DNA of 63,534 nucleotides, counting the filler, from Asterionella formosa (lineage: Eukaryota), in assembly GCA_002256025.1 (NCBI GenBank). It is 8 parts of 8 records of this genome, joined end to end, with 100 filler letters (N's around TTAATTAATTAA, not from the genome) between each part and the next. Parts side by side here need not be neighbours in the genome. Positions count along the whole stretch, not along the records: positions 1 to 18,992 come from NKIB01003872.1; 7 more parts are not named here. One strand, given 5' to 3'. Positions 1-11,648 of the stretch are shown here, piece by piece; positions within the stretch are counted from its first letter, which is position 1; every line of letters begins with the position of its first letter. Under the pieces are notes generated by a model that did not search any database, was not told the DNA's origin, and was given only the letters and a program-made list of their open reading frames with translations. The position numbers and the translations under genes were made by a program.

Positions 1-296
1 ATTCTATTGCCCATAACATTGTCATGAATTCCCGGACCAGGAGGTACCAGGGTACCAGGTACCTGTAATTAGATAGCGGGTATGTCTCTATGCACATGAC
101 TCAATCTGTTCAATTCTCGACTCAGTGGTTGTCGTTCTTTGGTGTTGTGGCTGAACATTACCACACACGGCCGCTATAATGATTGTACCGGTATTGTGCA
201 TCTTTGATGCACACCATAATATTTTTGTGTATATTATGTAGATGTCAATAAAAGTACTGCCCTGCAGGCGTATTTTCCGTTATTTTATTAGTGACA

Positions 297-498
297 ACGG
301 AAATGATACCCGCGTGAAAACGTCAGTATCACTGATACCATTTTTGGAGGGAGCAAAAAAGGTATCAATTTTGTATCAATGATACAAAATTGATACCATC
401 AAGTTACCGTTGCTGATACCGTGTTTTGATACCAACCCTCATTTTTTGCCCACAACCCGGAAATGATACAGCAAATTCGGAATGATAAGAACGACCCT
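297..498. repeat. Cluster of TGATAC(C)/GTATCA motifs with a perfect 37-bp palindrome; probable subterminal region of a DNA transposon
   Basis: About ten TGATAC/GTATCA copies in both orientations. 361-378 GGTATCAATTTTGTATCA is the exact reverse complement of 380-397. Confidence 0.55.
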
Positions 499-1654
499 TA
501 TTTTTAGCTTGTACCTGGTAGCACGTGTGGTACCTGATACCTGATACTTCGAGCTAGCTACGACTACTGTACATAGGAATGTTGAAATGCTGAGGCACAA
601 GACTGGAAATGATTTGGCTACCTAGCTGTATTCACAACCCAACCACTTGGAAAGGCAAGCATCGGAACAATGCACGAGCTGGTTGTGCATATATTGCTAT
701 ATGGTGTACCGGGAGTACCTCGGAGTTGGTACCAGGACCCCCGTCTCGTATATGGCACACTTACTTCGCCCTAACTAACTACCTGGTACCTGGTACCAGT
801 ACCCTGGCACCATACCCTGGTAATACGATGGTCACTAATCCTGGTAAATACCGGTAGTTCAAGTTCAGCAGTACATACCGATCATGGAGAGATCATCTGC
901 CTGTACGTGCTGTTTCCCCGGTCGTGATGACGACGACAAGTCAATAAATGAATGATGTTCATTTCCGAACCATCGCTTCTGCTGACGCTAGAGTGTCCGC
1001 CGAATCCAAAAGGTTCCGTCACAACGACTTCATACATTACTTACGACAGCAAACTCGTACCTGTTACCCTGAGACTTCGATCAAGATTTGTTCTGGTAAT
1101 CAATCATGTCCCGGCATGACGGTAAATACTGCTGTACACAAGTTCCATGCCTGCATACTGGTACTGTTTGTGCCTTACGACAGATGATGCACTTTCGAAA
1201 GAAATCAAGTACCGGTAGCTTGTGTTGTCAGCGCACTGAACCTCATCGTACTCTTACTTAACGACTGCTATAATAATATCAACGAGGAGTACCATAATGG
1301 TATCTAGACGGAGTCATGTAAATGTACCCGTACTTGTGTGGGTAATGACGAGAGTGGTGAAGGACATAGACAATTTTAGCCATAGTAAAACGGAGTCGTA
1401 TGTACACCACGTGACCAAAGACTCCAAAGTCAGGAGGCTGTGACAAGCGGAGCAAAACTGCCACTCTACGTACTCGGCAAGGAAAGTTGTATCCAAACGT
1501 CACAAAATTCTTGGTGCTGAGCCACCTGTATTTCAACTATCAAATCAGTTAGCTCAAGCATCATTTTGTTTGAATTCGTCGTCGTCACGAAAGAAAGAAC
1601 CTTTCTCATTTCCGGTACCGGTACCTTCTTCCTTTGCAATTACTCTTACTAATC

Positions 1655-2664
1655 ATGATGAAGAATGAGTCTGCTGAGCTGACCAAGATCCCAGCCCTTG
1701 AACCAGCCATTAAAGATAGCCCAGTACGTTCCTGCGTGTGTTCCCATTGACAATTCCGCTTCTTTGTGCTCTGTCAGAGTTCCAGCTAACCATGACTCCT
1801 CTCCTGCCAACTCCTTTGCTCTGCTACCGGTACTGGTAGTCTGAAAAGGTTGCTTCCGTCTTTCCGACCGCATTGACAAACGCCGCCTTTGTCGACAATC
1901 TCACGTTTGCACTGCATCAGCACGGATTCAGCAACGAGACCACGTTGGTCGCAACTTCCCTCTGCTGCGATGAAGTCAACAGAGACCTCGAGAAGGACTT
2001 GAAGCACGCCTACGGAGACCACTTCTCCATGGGCGGCTTGGCAGGATTTCCCTTTGGCGGGGTGACTGCCTTTTGCGCCATGGCACATCACATACCCACC
2101 AATGGCAACTGCATAGTCCTGTTTGGACCACACGTGGGCGTGGACTCTGACGGCGTGGTGGGCAAGGTCAATCGACGGGGGCGCCTAGAAAGCGGAGCCT
2201 GTTGTGGCAGTGCCACTGCGGCCGCCGACTATGTGCACCGCGTCTGTCGAGGGGACTGCGCGGAGCATGACTCCCCCGTGGAGGCATTGGATGCGCAACA
2301 GACCTTTGTTGGCAACATTCTGCTGCCATATGGGACGCGATTGGCCGAAGCGGCGGATCCTGCAGTGGAGCTGCCGTTGGCATTGTATGATGCGCAGAAG
2401 GATTTGATGGCACGGATTGTTGCCAGGGGAGTCAGTGCTGTGGGGGAAAATGTACAGATTGCACTGGTGGGAGGGATTCAAGTCAATACTCCGGCAGGGA
2501 CTCCGGACTATTTTGTGCCCATGACGTTTGACCTGCTGGACCATAAGGGCGAGAAGATGGCTGATTTGATGGACACACTTTTCCTCGTCCGTGACAATGA
2601 GAATGAACTGACTTGGATCATTGCTTTGGTCATGTATGGACTTGTCATTTTCTACCTTTTATAG
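1655..2664 (+). CDS. LCIB: Theta-type carbonic anhydrase (LCIB/LCIC family), 2 exons (1655-1723, 1840-2664), C-terminal hydrophobic tail
   Basis: Motifs SLCCDEVN, GGLAGFPFGG, GPHVG, CCGSA and GGIQVNTP typical of LCIB/theta-CA. The ORF-track start is TTG. Upstream ATG 1655 exon ends at donor GTACGT (1724); acceptor TAG at 1837-1839 is phase-compatible. Confidence 0.9.
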
Positions 2665-2867
2665 CTCTTTGGGGGGTCTCTTGACAGTTTGAAACATTTT
2701 GTCGGTCCACCATGGAACGAAAGGGATTTTTGTTACTCCGAACAGTTGGCTATCTTATGCACACGAGGATTCTTCATTTGAGTTTCCCCATGTACACTTT
2801 TAAATTTTTCTTAGCACTACATGTTTATTTGCGTCGCACTATGAAACTTGATATAGTTTTGTTACAA

Positions 2868-3512
2868 TTACCGCACTCTCCCTTTGTCTTTCCTCAATTC
2901 CTTCCACTTGCGTTTCATCTCTCGAGCTCGAAAGTGAACCGCAGCTTGTCGCTCACATTCCTCCTTCTTCTCTTGCGTCACATCCTTCCACATTTGGCTC
3001 AACTCCTTGCCTACTATCCCAGGTCGAGTCGTCCCCACTCGTTCTGCTGCAACAGGAAATTGATCTCTCTGAAAGACACCATAAGCAGTCACACAACTAG
3101 CAGTATCTCCTTTCGGTTTCAGCAATTGCAATTCCATCGCATCGAGTCTAGCATGAACCGATTCCATAATAACGACGGTCTTGTTTATACGGGTCGTCAA
3201 GGAGGTTTGCTGCAAGTGTGTTTGTAGTGATGATGATGATGATGATGATGATGCTCTGATTGTTCCGTCGTCTCGGTCCAATGCCATTTGTTCCAAGACG
3301 GTAGCTTGTTGCAACATCAACTCGGATTGATTACGAAAGAACTTCGCAAGATGGAGTAGTGTCTGTTGTGGATGGAGAAGTAGGTTGTCCCTTACAGTGG
3401 ACGGTAGAGACGGTGGAACTGCAATGAGACTGGGATGAAGAGTATACAATTCCGACAGACTCCAATGATGATCGGTATCATCATGTTGCTCCTTAGGTTC
3501 TTGTTGTTCCAT
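2868..3512 (-). CDS. HMG-box domain protein
   Basis: C-terminal TAYGVFQRDQF...IVGKELSQMWKDVTQEKKEEC matches the HMG-box pattern. It is preceded by coiled-coil and poly-Ser segments. Confidence 0.7.
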   Translation of the reverse strand: MEQQEPKEQHDDTDHHWSLSELYTLHPSLIAVPPSLPSTVRDNLLLHPQQTLLHLAKFFRNQSELMLQQATVLEQMALDRDDGTIRASSSSSSSSLQTHLQQTSLTTRINKTVVIMESVHARLDAMELQLLKPKGDTASCVTAYGVFQRDQFPVAAERVGTTRPGIVGKELSQMWKDVTQEKKEECERQAAVHFRAREMKRKWKELRKDKGRVR

Positions 3513-3956
3513 GGCTTGGCTATGTATGCTTCCTTGCTGTGTGATGAAGTAAGTTGCACGCTGTGATCTGATTGTCTATGATTACTGTGGTACTTCCTGG
3601 ATGGGATAAGTAGGTATATGTTATTCATGAGCGAGGTAAACAGTAGATATACTACTGAAACAGGTAATGGTGTTGCGATTACCCGTTACTCTCATAAATA
3701 ATATAGGGTACGTATAATAGTATTATAAAAAAATTCTTGCTATATAGATTATACAGGGAGATTTGCCACTCATTCAAGCCCATTACTATTATCGGTAGGT
3801 ACTCCACAAGATGGGAGTTGATGTACCGATATATATAGAATTCTAAGAATTGTGACTATAATGCCAGTTGTACCGGTAGTTTGTTTTGACAAACAAAAAC
3901 ATGAAACAAAGTGTGGAATTAGTAATTGTAGTTTGTAAATTGGAGCCAACCCCTAT

Positions 3957-5516
3957 TCATAATCGTTTCATTCGACTTGTATATTGATCCAACAAAAATG
4001 GCACATCACGCAAGAGCCGATACTGCATATCCATGTCAATGCGACTTAGTAAAGTGCATAGTTCAAAGGTTCCTACTGGTACTTGTTGATCTAAGATTGC
4101 TGCTGGATGAGCCTTCAATACAACACGTATGGCTTTCCAAGGCTGGCCTGCTTCAATCATGAGTGTCAGTGGCAACTTCCCCTGTGGATCAGGCGTTCGA
4201 CATCCCTCTGGAAAGTGCCGACACAATGTGTGCAATATATTACAATACACAACTTTGACATGTGTTATTGTTGTCTGCCTCACTTTAGCCGCAAGATGAA
4301 TTGGTAAATTCCCATTCCCATCCACAACGGAAATCAATTCAGGTAATGCAGCAATCAGTCCTAATGTAAGGTCCAGACTAAATTCGGAAAAGTACAAGGC
4401 AGCATGAATGACAAGTTCTCCGTTTCTGGTACTCTGACCATTTGGAGCATTGACTAACATGGCTCTGACGAGTGCCCCAGATATACCATCTGGTTCAATC
4501 TTGGCGATTGGCCAATATCCAATCTCAGGATCTTCCTCGTTCATCCGACCTTCCTCAACGGCAACATTGTCGGGTCCAATCATTGGGACTTTATTTTTCA
4601 TATAATAATGATTAATAGCCGCGCAGTCGTCTAAATGTCGTGGTTGCGACATTCCAGGACATGCGTTAAGCAGCGCGTGAATAACATCAAGAGGAGCTGT
4701 ACAATCGATTGCCACATGCAACGGACTTGAAGCCTTGACAAGAAAGTGATTGGTTTTCCACAGAGACTTGGGAGTATGCCGAATGAGTAGCTGTACCAAT
4801 TCGGTACCTCTGGTCGACGTGGGGGAGAATGCAAAGCGAGCGCAGGCAAAATGAAGTGGTGAAAATTGGTTTTCTTCCCGTGTTTGAATCAAAGCCTTCT
4901 TTTTCGCCAGCAGCATGGGAATAATTTCGTCAATGAGAACGTCCGAATTCCTTGTATGCAATATGCTCATGTGAAGTAAGGAATGGCCCTTCTCAAACAC
5001 AAGGCCGATGGTGGCTGGATAGGCAGTCAGCAGATTGAACATTGCGGCACATGTGTGTCCTGGCACCGCGTTCATAAACAATAGGTCCATCGGCGTTTCG
5101 TCCGAACTATTGGGCACCCTGACCGCACGTGGTTCAAGTTTGGAGATCAAATGAAACGTGGTCACCCCGTCTTGGTCCAAAGGCTTCATGGCCACCATGT
5201 GAAGAGGGGTGCGCCCGTCCGTGTCTTGCTTGGTCGCACCGTCACCTCCAAAGCACTCGATCAGCGCCGAAATCAAGTCGGGAGGAGCTCCCTGAGCTAG
5301 GGCAAGGTGCAAAATGGACCTCCCATACGAGAACGCAGCAGGAGCTGGCAGCGGGTGGTCTTCGGCTGGAATGGCATTTAAGAGTTCATGGACTTGAGGG
5401 AAATTCCTCGAATTAAGGAGTCGACCGATCTTCTGCGCTAGTTTCTTCTGGTCCTTCACTTTTCGAGTTTCCACCATGTTGACTTTGACTTCCTTGCTGC
5501 GCTTGCTTGTGTCCAC
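3957..5516 (-). CDS. Ankyrin-like repeat protein (first in-frame ATG 5477; 5' end uncertain)
   Basis: 519-aa ORF with repeated GRSILHLA, GRTPLHMV, FSPLHFAC, SSPLHVAI, GNLPIHLA and GKLPLTLM ankyrin-type motifs. Confidence 0.8.
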   Translation of the reverse strand: MDTSKRSKEVKVNMVETRKVKDQKKLAQKIGRLLNSRNFPQVHELLNAIPAEDHPLPAPAAFSYGRSILHLALAQGAPPDLISALIECFGGDGATKQDTDGRTPLHMVAMKPLDQDGVTTFHLISKLEPRAVRVPNSSDETPMDLLFMNAVPGHTCAAMFNLLTAYPATIGLVFEKGHSLLHMSILHTRNSDVLIDEIIPMLLAKKKALIQTREENQFSPLHFACARFAFSPTSTRGTELVQLLIRHTPKSLWKTNHFLVKASSPLHVAIDCTAPLDVIHALLNACPGMSQPRHLDDCAAINHYYMKNKVPMIGPDNVAVEEGRMNEEDPEIGYWPIAKIEPDGISGALVRAMLVNAPNGQSTRNGELVIHAALYFSEFSLDLTLGLIAALPELISVVDGNGNLPIHLAAKVRQTTITHVKVVYCNILHTLCRHFPEGCRTPDPQGKLPLTLMIEAGQPWKAIRVVLKAHPAAILDQQVPVGTFELCTLLSRIDMDMQYRLLRDVPFLLDQYTSRMKRL

Positions 5517-7880
5517 TATGTATGCTGACGAATGTTAATAGGTGGGAGAGGCTGTTGCCTACTTCTTATTGCAGGAACTGGAAAAAAATATTATAAAAAT
5601 AATAAGCAACTGAAAATCCAATAGAAATATAAAGTACAGTGTAGTATGGCGGTCGTAATTGAATTATGACGTACATAAAGAGAACAATGCCATGGCTGAG
5701 TACCTGGTAGTACCAGGTACCTGGTGAGCGATCCCGCGCATCAATGCAGATATATATACCGGTATATCTATATGTGATCATAGGGTTAGAGTTATATCAT
5801 GTACATTAGAACTCAACAATGAGAGAACTCGACTACCGGGAACACCTTTGGTGTCGACTAGCTAAGAGAACGAGTTGCACACAAGGATTAACTACTAAGC
5901 TCACATATTTACAACTTCTAGTTAGATACTTCACTTTGAATTCAAAAAGAATCCAATTAGAATTAATAATCATGTTGATGTCGTACTGTCCTCTCAAGTT
6001 CCATTGGTCCCATTGATGAAGGATAACAACATACTAAACATCATGATTCAGACCTCTTTGCGTATCCATACCACCAGGTCAATGTTTGGAGTCTTTCAAC
6101 AAAGATATGATCATGCACACTCAGTGGAAACTTGTCGATTGATTTCAGTAAACCATGTGAAATGATGGCTAGTATGACATCATGTACCTTTGCTCAGTCC
6201 AGCAGATTCCTTGCTGGTTCTCCTACTGCTACAAAAGATGACTCACAGATATCGTCTTGTCTGGTAACTGGATGAGCGTTGCTATACATCCAGATGCTCA
6301 GTTCCATGACAGTCTCAACAAAGTCATGGTGATGTGGTGGGGCTGGAGGATTACTACCTCCTTCATGATGATATCTCTGAGAGGAGTCAGCATCAGTGGT
6401 GGATACCACCATGATAATACTCAATAAAACATTTCAACATTTTGGTGATCAACTTTGCTGCCTATCTCATGACTTTAAATAAGCTCCTCAAAGTAAGGAT
6501 GCCTCATAATCCAGAAGATCAGGAAGTCTTGGCCAAGGACGATTTGAGGTTAATTGTCATTTTTTTAATTCCCAATAATGTGTGGCAGCAACAAGAGTTT
6601 CAACGAAAGAATGACAAGAACAAAAAACAAATTATTCGCTTGGTTTTGACTTACTTCAAAAATCAACAATCATTCAAAGATAATCTCAAGCACATCCTCA
6701 AGTATGAGTTCTACTATAACCCAACATTGTCTTTTGCATCGCTGAAGGCAATCGTGTTATGTCCAGAGAACACCACGTGTGCTTGGTGTCAATTTTCTAA
6801 CACAAAATCGTTTATAAATTGTTGACGTTGAAGACAATCCTGTGATGCATCAAGAAACCATGCGTCACTAGTGACAATTTTAACAAAAGATCGTCTTTGC
6901 ATTTCTGAATGCAGTCGTGTGATGCATCAAGAAAACAACCATGTCAAGCGTCAATTTGTACACGATAATTTTACACCAAGTGGTAATGGAAGTGGGATAG
7001 TGAAACAACGGACAAACATAGTGAGGGCCATCGATCTAACATTTCTAACACTACTTTTCCTGTTCCTGTTCTTCTGGCATGGACATTCTATGCAGACCGA
7101 GTTATCATACAGACACAGCTAACCCTGTTCATGTTTTTCTTCCGTGCATGTTTTTTTAACAAATCCATGGTTTAACCCCAGCATTATGATGTCTGGTTAG
7201 GATACTTTTCCAAGGGCCATACCTGCCGACTTTTATGAATCTGCCCGGGAAATTTTAGTCATGAACTCTCCTTCTGTTGGTCACCACCAGCTAGTCGCCC
7301 CCTTTGTGCCTAGCTAGAACCCAGCAGAATGCTGAACAGATCACCTTAACAGAAGTATGTGCAATTATAGCAATTCTATTTTTCTAATATATATTTATAT
7401 ATATATATATATTGTAAAAATAGCATTATATATATATAAATATTTAAGATGGCACATTGCTTGAATATGTCTTACGTCAGTCACTACCTGGATAACATTT
7501 GTTAGTTACAGGATAATGACAGGCTGGATATCGCCGCTATCATTGTAACGCGAGATATTTTAAAATGCATATGTAGCTGGATTCAACATATCTTCCCATA
7601 CATCTCAAGGCCTGATTCTTGTATCATTTCTTTCTTAACCTATGAATGCATAAGCTTCATTGCATTTTATTCCCATTTCATTAGCAACCCCAGGATTGGT
7701 GGTTGCTGTGTATACTATACATGACATAAGATGAATGTTAATTGATCGCGGTGGGTCCTGATCTTTAACCTATGAATGGATTGTACTTCAGGATATTTCG
7801 TTGTCCATCGAACATTTATAATTAATGTATAGCATGCATAGCAGATACCTTTTCTTGGGGGGGGGNNNNNNNNACCCCCC

Positions 7881-7969
<89 letters not shown>

Positions 7970-8732
7970 CCCCCCGGCCCCCCCCCCCCCCCCCCCCATG
8001 AATATGATTGGGCCGCAATCTTCAGCATCAAGATCCACTTCTTCTTTCTCAATTGAATTAGATGATGAACCTCTGTTTAACGGTTTCCTCAATATCCTCA
8101 GGATTATAATTTAATACATGATAGATAATTTCTGGATATACAATTGATTCTCAATCAACAAACGTATCCGTTAAAATTTCCCTCTATCATCAATTTTCAT
8201 GATTTACTTTTAATATGTTTTGTGAAGAATCCAGGAGATACTGGGAAAATTGCTATTCCTACATCACTATTGGATGTTAACTTATGTGGGTATGACAAGA
8301 TTAAATGCTATTATTTCTACACATTCTATTATCCTACATTAAAAGCAAGGGTGGAACATATTGTAAGCATATCATGTGAAGCATGTCAAAACGTACAAAA
8401 TTACCTGGTGCTGGTTTTGGTGAACTTCCCCCCAGGAATGCATTGTTATTACAATAGTCAGAAGTCACAGTGAATGTATAACAGTGGCTGCACAAGCGAT
8501 TGACTACCGGTAGTTAGATACTTCACCTGGTACCTGGTACCGGTCTTGCTTTACTATCTTCTCGACGTATGTAGAATATGGTACCAGGGTACCTATATGG
8601 TAGGTGCAACTCCTGCCCTCCAGATAAAAAAATTCCATGTTGGCCTATCATGAAGTGCAAACTCCAATAATTATCCAGTGAACAGCCACTCCTATTAAAA
8701 AATATTCTGAATCAAATACTGGTAGTGTGTCT

Positions 8733-8804
8733 GGGAATAGCTTGCTTAGTTGGTTAGTCATAGCTCACTTTCCTAGGTAACAGGTTCGATTCAAGCATTC
8801 TTCA
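8733..8804 (+). pseudogene. Degenerate tRNA-like sequence (tRNA pseudogene or SINE head)
   Basis: GGGAAT...TAGTTGGTTAG (box A)...GGTTCGATTC (box B)...ATTCTTCA; the stems are imperfect. Confidence 0.45.
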
Positions 8805-9043
8805 TCTACCAGTACCAGTACTTTGTTTATGCAATCCCTAAACCAATAGTCTACGATGAGGCAATACCAGGTATCGGTGTAATTGTTCCATCAAACATAT
8901 TTGTGCATAATTTATGCATTTGTCTTATGATGGACTCAATATTGTGTCAAGTCATTCACAGTCAATTATCATACCAGGTGTTACATTTTTATGTATTCAA
9001 GTATGAAGAGGGGAGCACAAGGTAGACAACTAGATACTCATGT

Positions 9044-9621
9044 ATATCATCAACCATCAAAGACATACTATTCCATACAGTAAGCACTAGGGATGACAGA
9101 CAATGGAGTCAATCAATCTATTGTATAGACTTGCCCATTGGCCTTAAAGCCAATTAAATCTTCATGCCGCCATCATCTTTGAACATAACATGAATTGGGC
9201 TTTCATGGCTCATGATAATGTTTATTATTTTGATCCTGTCGGGTTTCTGGGTTCCTTGCTACAAGATCCGAATTTCATGCAACACACATTTTTTGTACTA
9301 CCCAAAAGGGAAACTCACAACTTGTAAATGCATCTATGTTAAATCAACTGTGCTCTGCAGAATGGTTTCAGTCTGCTTCTAATGAGTCCCCAGCTTCAGA
9401 GGATAGGAAACAAAAAAGACCACCTTTTTTAAGGGGATTATAATTTTTAGTGATGGATCCAAGATTGACAGAATGCAGAAACAATCTGAACTTCCATTGT
9501 TATTATGCATATCATCAACCATCAAAGACATACTATTCCATACAGTAAGCACTAGGAATGACAGACAATGGAGTCAATCAATCTATTGTATAGGCTTGCC
9601 TATTGGCCTTAAGGCCAATTA
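9044..9621. repeat. 113-bp direct repeat pair (9044-9156 and 9509-9621) at the 3' end of the metalloprotease gene
   Basis: ATATCATCAACCATCAAAGACATACTATTCC...GGCCTTAA(A/G)GCCAATTA is present twice with few mismatches. Confidence 0.9.
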
Positions 9622-11648
9622 TTTTGCCTTAAATCCTGTTGGCCTTAACGTGGGCTTTCTTGTTGGCTTTCTTGTTGGCTTTCTAATTGGGTTTCCTGTT
9701 GGCTTGCCTGTTTGAATAGGGACAGATGTTGGATTCTTGGTGATTGGAGATGCAGTTGTAGGTGCAATGGTCACCGGAGCAACAGTTGTAGGTGCAATGG
9801 TTACTGGAGCACGAGTTGTAGGTGCAGAAGTCACCGGAGCTCGAGTTGTTGGTGCAGAAGTCACTGGAGCTGGCGTTGTAGGCGCAGAAGTCACTGGAGC
9901 TGCAGTTGTAGGTGCAGAAGTTACCGGAGCTGCAGTTGTAGGCGCAGAAGTCACTGGAGGAATAGTATTAGGGGCAGAAGTTGCTCCAGGACATGTTGAA
10001 CCCTGGGTGTTCAGGTGAATTGATAGGATCATATATTTTGGTTCTGTGGAAGTGGCAGCTACCATCGCACAAACATCAATGGTGTACAAATCAATCACGG
10101 CACTTTGATTGACTGAAAGTGCGCTTAGCATCGAGGATTCAGAAGAGCTACTAGGAGCCGTCACAATTGTGACCAAGTTTTGCTTCTCTTGTACTTGAAA
10201 GTTAAATCCAGCAGCAAGGTTGTACTGAATGTATAACTGACCAACAACAATGATTACATATTCATTGCGAGATATAGGTGAGGCTTTGGCATAGTCTACA
10301 AAACCCACAAGTTTGCCCAACCAGGCCCCACCTGTTGCTGGGTTAACAGTGATTTGTTTGTCAGCATACCATCCAAGGACATAGTTCTTGTGTCCATTGA
10401 AGCACATTGCTGGTGATCCAGTACCATAGTAGGAGTATCCCATCATGCAGCTCTGGTCATCATATGCAAAACCATTCTCATTTGAATGTTGAAGGCCTAG
10501 GTTATGTCTGTAAAAGATTTAGAATGCTAGGAATGAGTAGAAGTAAAATACACATGCAACTGATTCATGGCACACTTTCTTACCCAATTTCATGCATTTT
10601 TGCACTTAGGCTAGAGCACCATCCTGTGCAAACAAATCAAGAAACAGACGAGAAATGATTAGCTTTAAAATAAAATAATGGAGAGTTGCATGACTGAGAC
10701 TGCACATACCATTGTTATAGTATGAATATTGTCCGGGTACATATGCATAGGCAAGCCAATCTTTTGAACCATTTGCATAGAAAGTTGTACCATATGGCAT
10801 GCAAAACATAATGTTGGAGAAAGTGCTCCCAAGGTCAGTAACACTAAGCAAAGCCTTAACAGCAGTTTTCATTGTGTTCTCAAGGTCAAAGATGTTTGTA
10901 TTGTTCACAGATGCATTGAGTTGAAGTTCAATCACCCCATCTACGACTGTAGCAGGATACCCATTGGCTGGAGAAAAGGTAAGCTTTCCTGCGGAACATG
11001 AGCTGTACTGAGCTGCCATGGAGTACTGCTGGCCACCAATACCAAAGGTGGCACTTGCAATACTTGCAGCAGAATCAGATTGGCTGGACAAAGGCGCAGT
11101 GACACGTACAACAAGAACTGATCGGGAACCAGTCTGAGCCAAATGTCGTTGACGACCAGTAAAACTGGCAACAAAGTGAATGTCAGTATTTAGGGGAATA
11201 ACAATATAGTCCGGTTTTCCAAATTCAGTGCGAATAGCAGAACCACTAATGATGCAAATACTGGACACTCCGGTGTCAAGTTGTACCTTGTGCGCATTTA
11301 CAAAAGAGCTTGGGAGGTTGATAGAATATGTCATCTCCGACTCTCCATCGCCCTCCTGAGCCTCGTCAGTGAGACAACGGTATGTTGGTTTGGCTAATTG
11401 ATCAGCCATCATGACATGAACGACTGCAATTTGGCAGTAGAGACATGATCCAACTTGCTTCTCCACTCCAGGAGGGCCCTACAGTGAACGCAAAAGTTGG
11501 AGAGATTTTTAGTTCCTTTTTTCCATTAGCGGGATCACAAAAAGAATGAAAACGGTTATAACGAACAACATACCTCGACGACCTCCTGTGCAGCAGAGAA
11601 GGCCAATATCAAAGCAAAGCCTGCGATGAATACTTGTCCAAAAGTCAT
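9619..11648 (-). CDS. Secreted metzincin metalloprotease (peptidase M11/gametolysin-like) with Thr/Pro-rich stalk; exons about 11648-11574, 11479-10710, 10623-10584, 10507-9619
   Basis: Signal peptide MTFGQVFIAGFALILAFSAA. Splicing at GT..AG sites gives MHEIG|HNLGLQHS (HExxHxxGxxH), then the Met-turn DQSCMMGY and CFNGHKNYVLGW. C-terminal (APVTSAPTT)n and KPTR repeats. Confidence 0.85.
9740..9985 (-). repeat. 30-bp coding tandem repeat (APVTSAPTTx)n
   Basis: About 8 units of GTTGTAGGTGCAGAAGTCACTGGAGC-like sequence. Confidence 0.9.

Noticed and set aside
2712..3227. Antisense ORFs overlapping real genes (also 39561-40361, 56070-56546, 60293-60691 and others)
   Set aside because: Shadow frames of well-supported opposite-strand CDSs or repeats.
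7857..7997. Poly-G/poly-C run giving Gly-rich ORFs (7715-8092 etc.) and an apparent G-quadruplex
   Set aside because: It sits next to an N gap and is almost a pure homopolymer; most likely a sequencing or gap-filling artefact.
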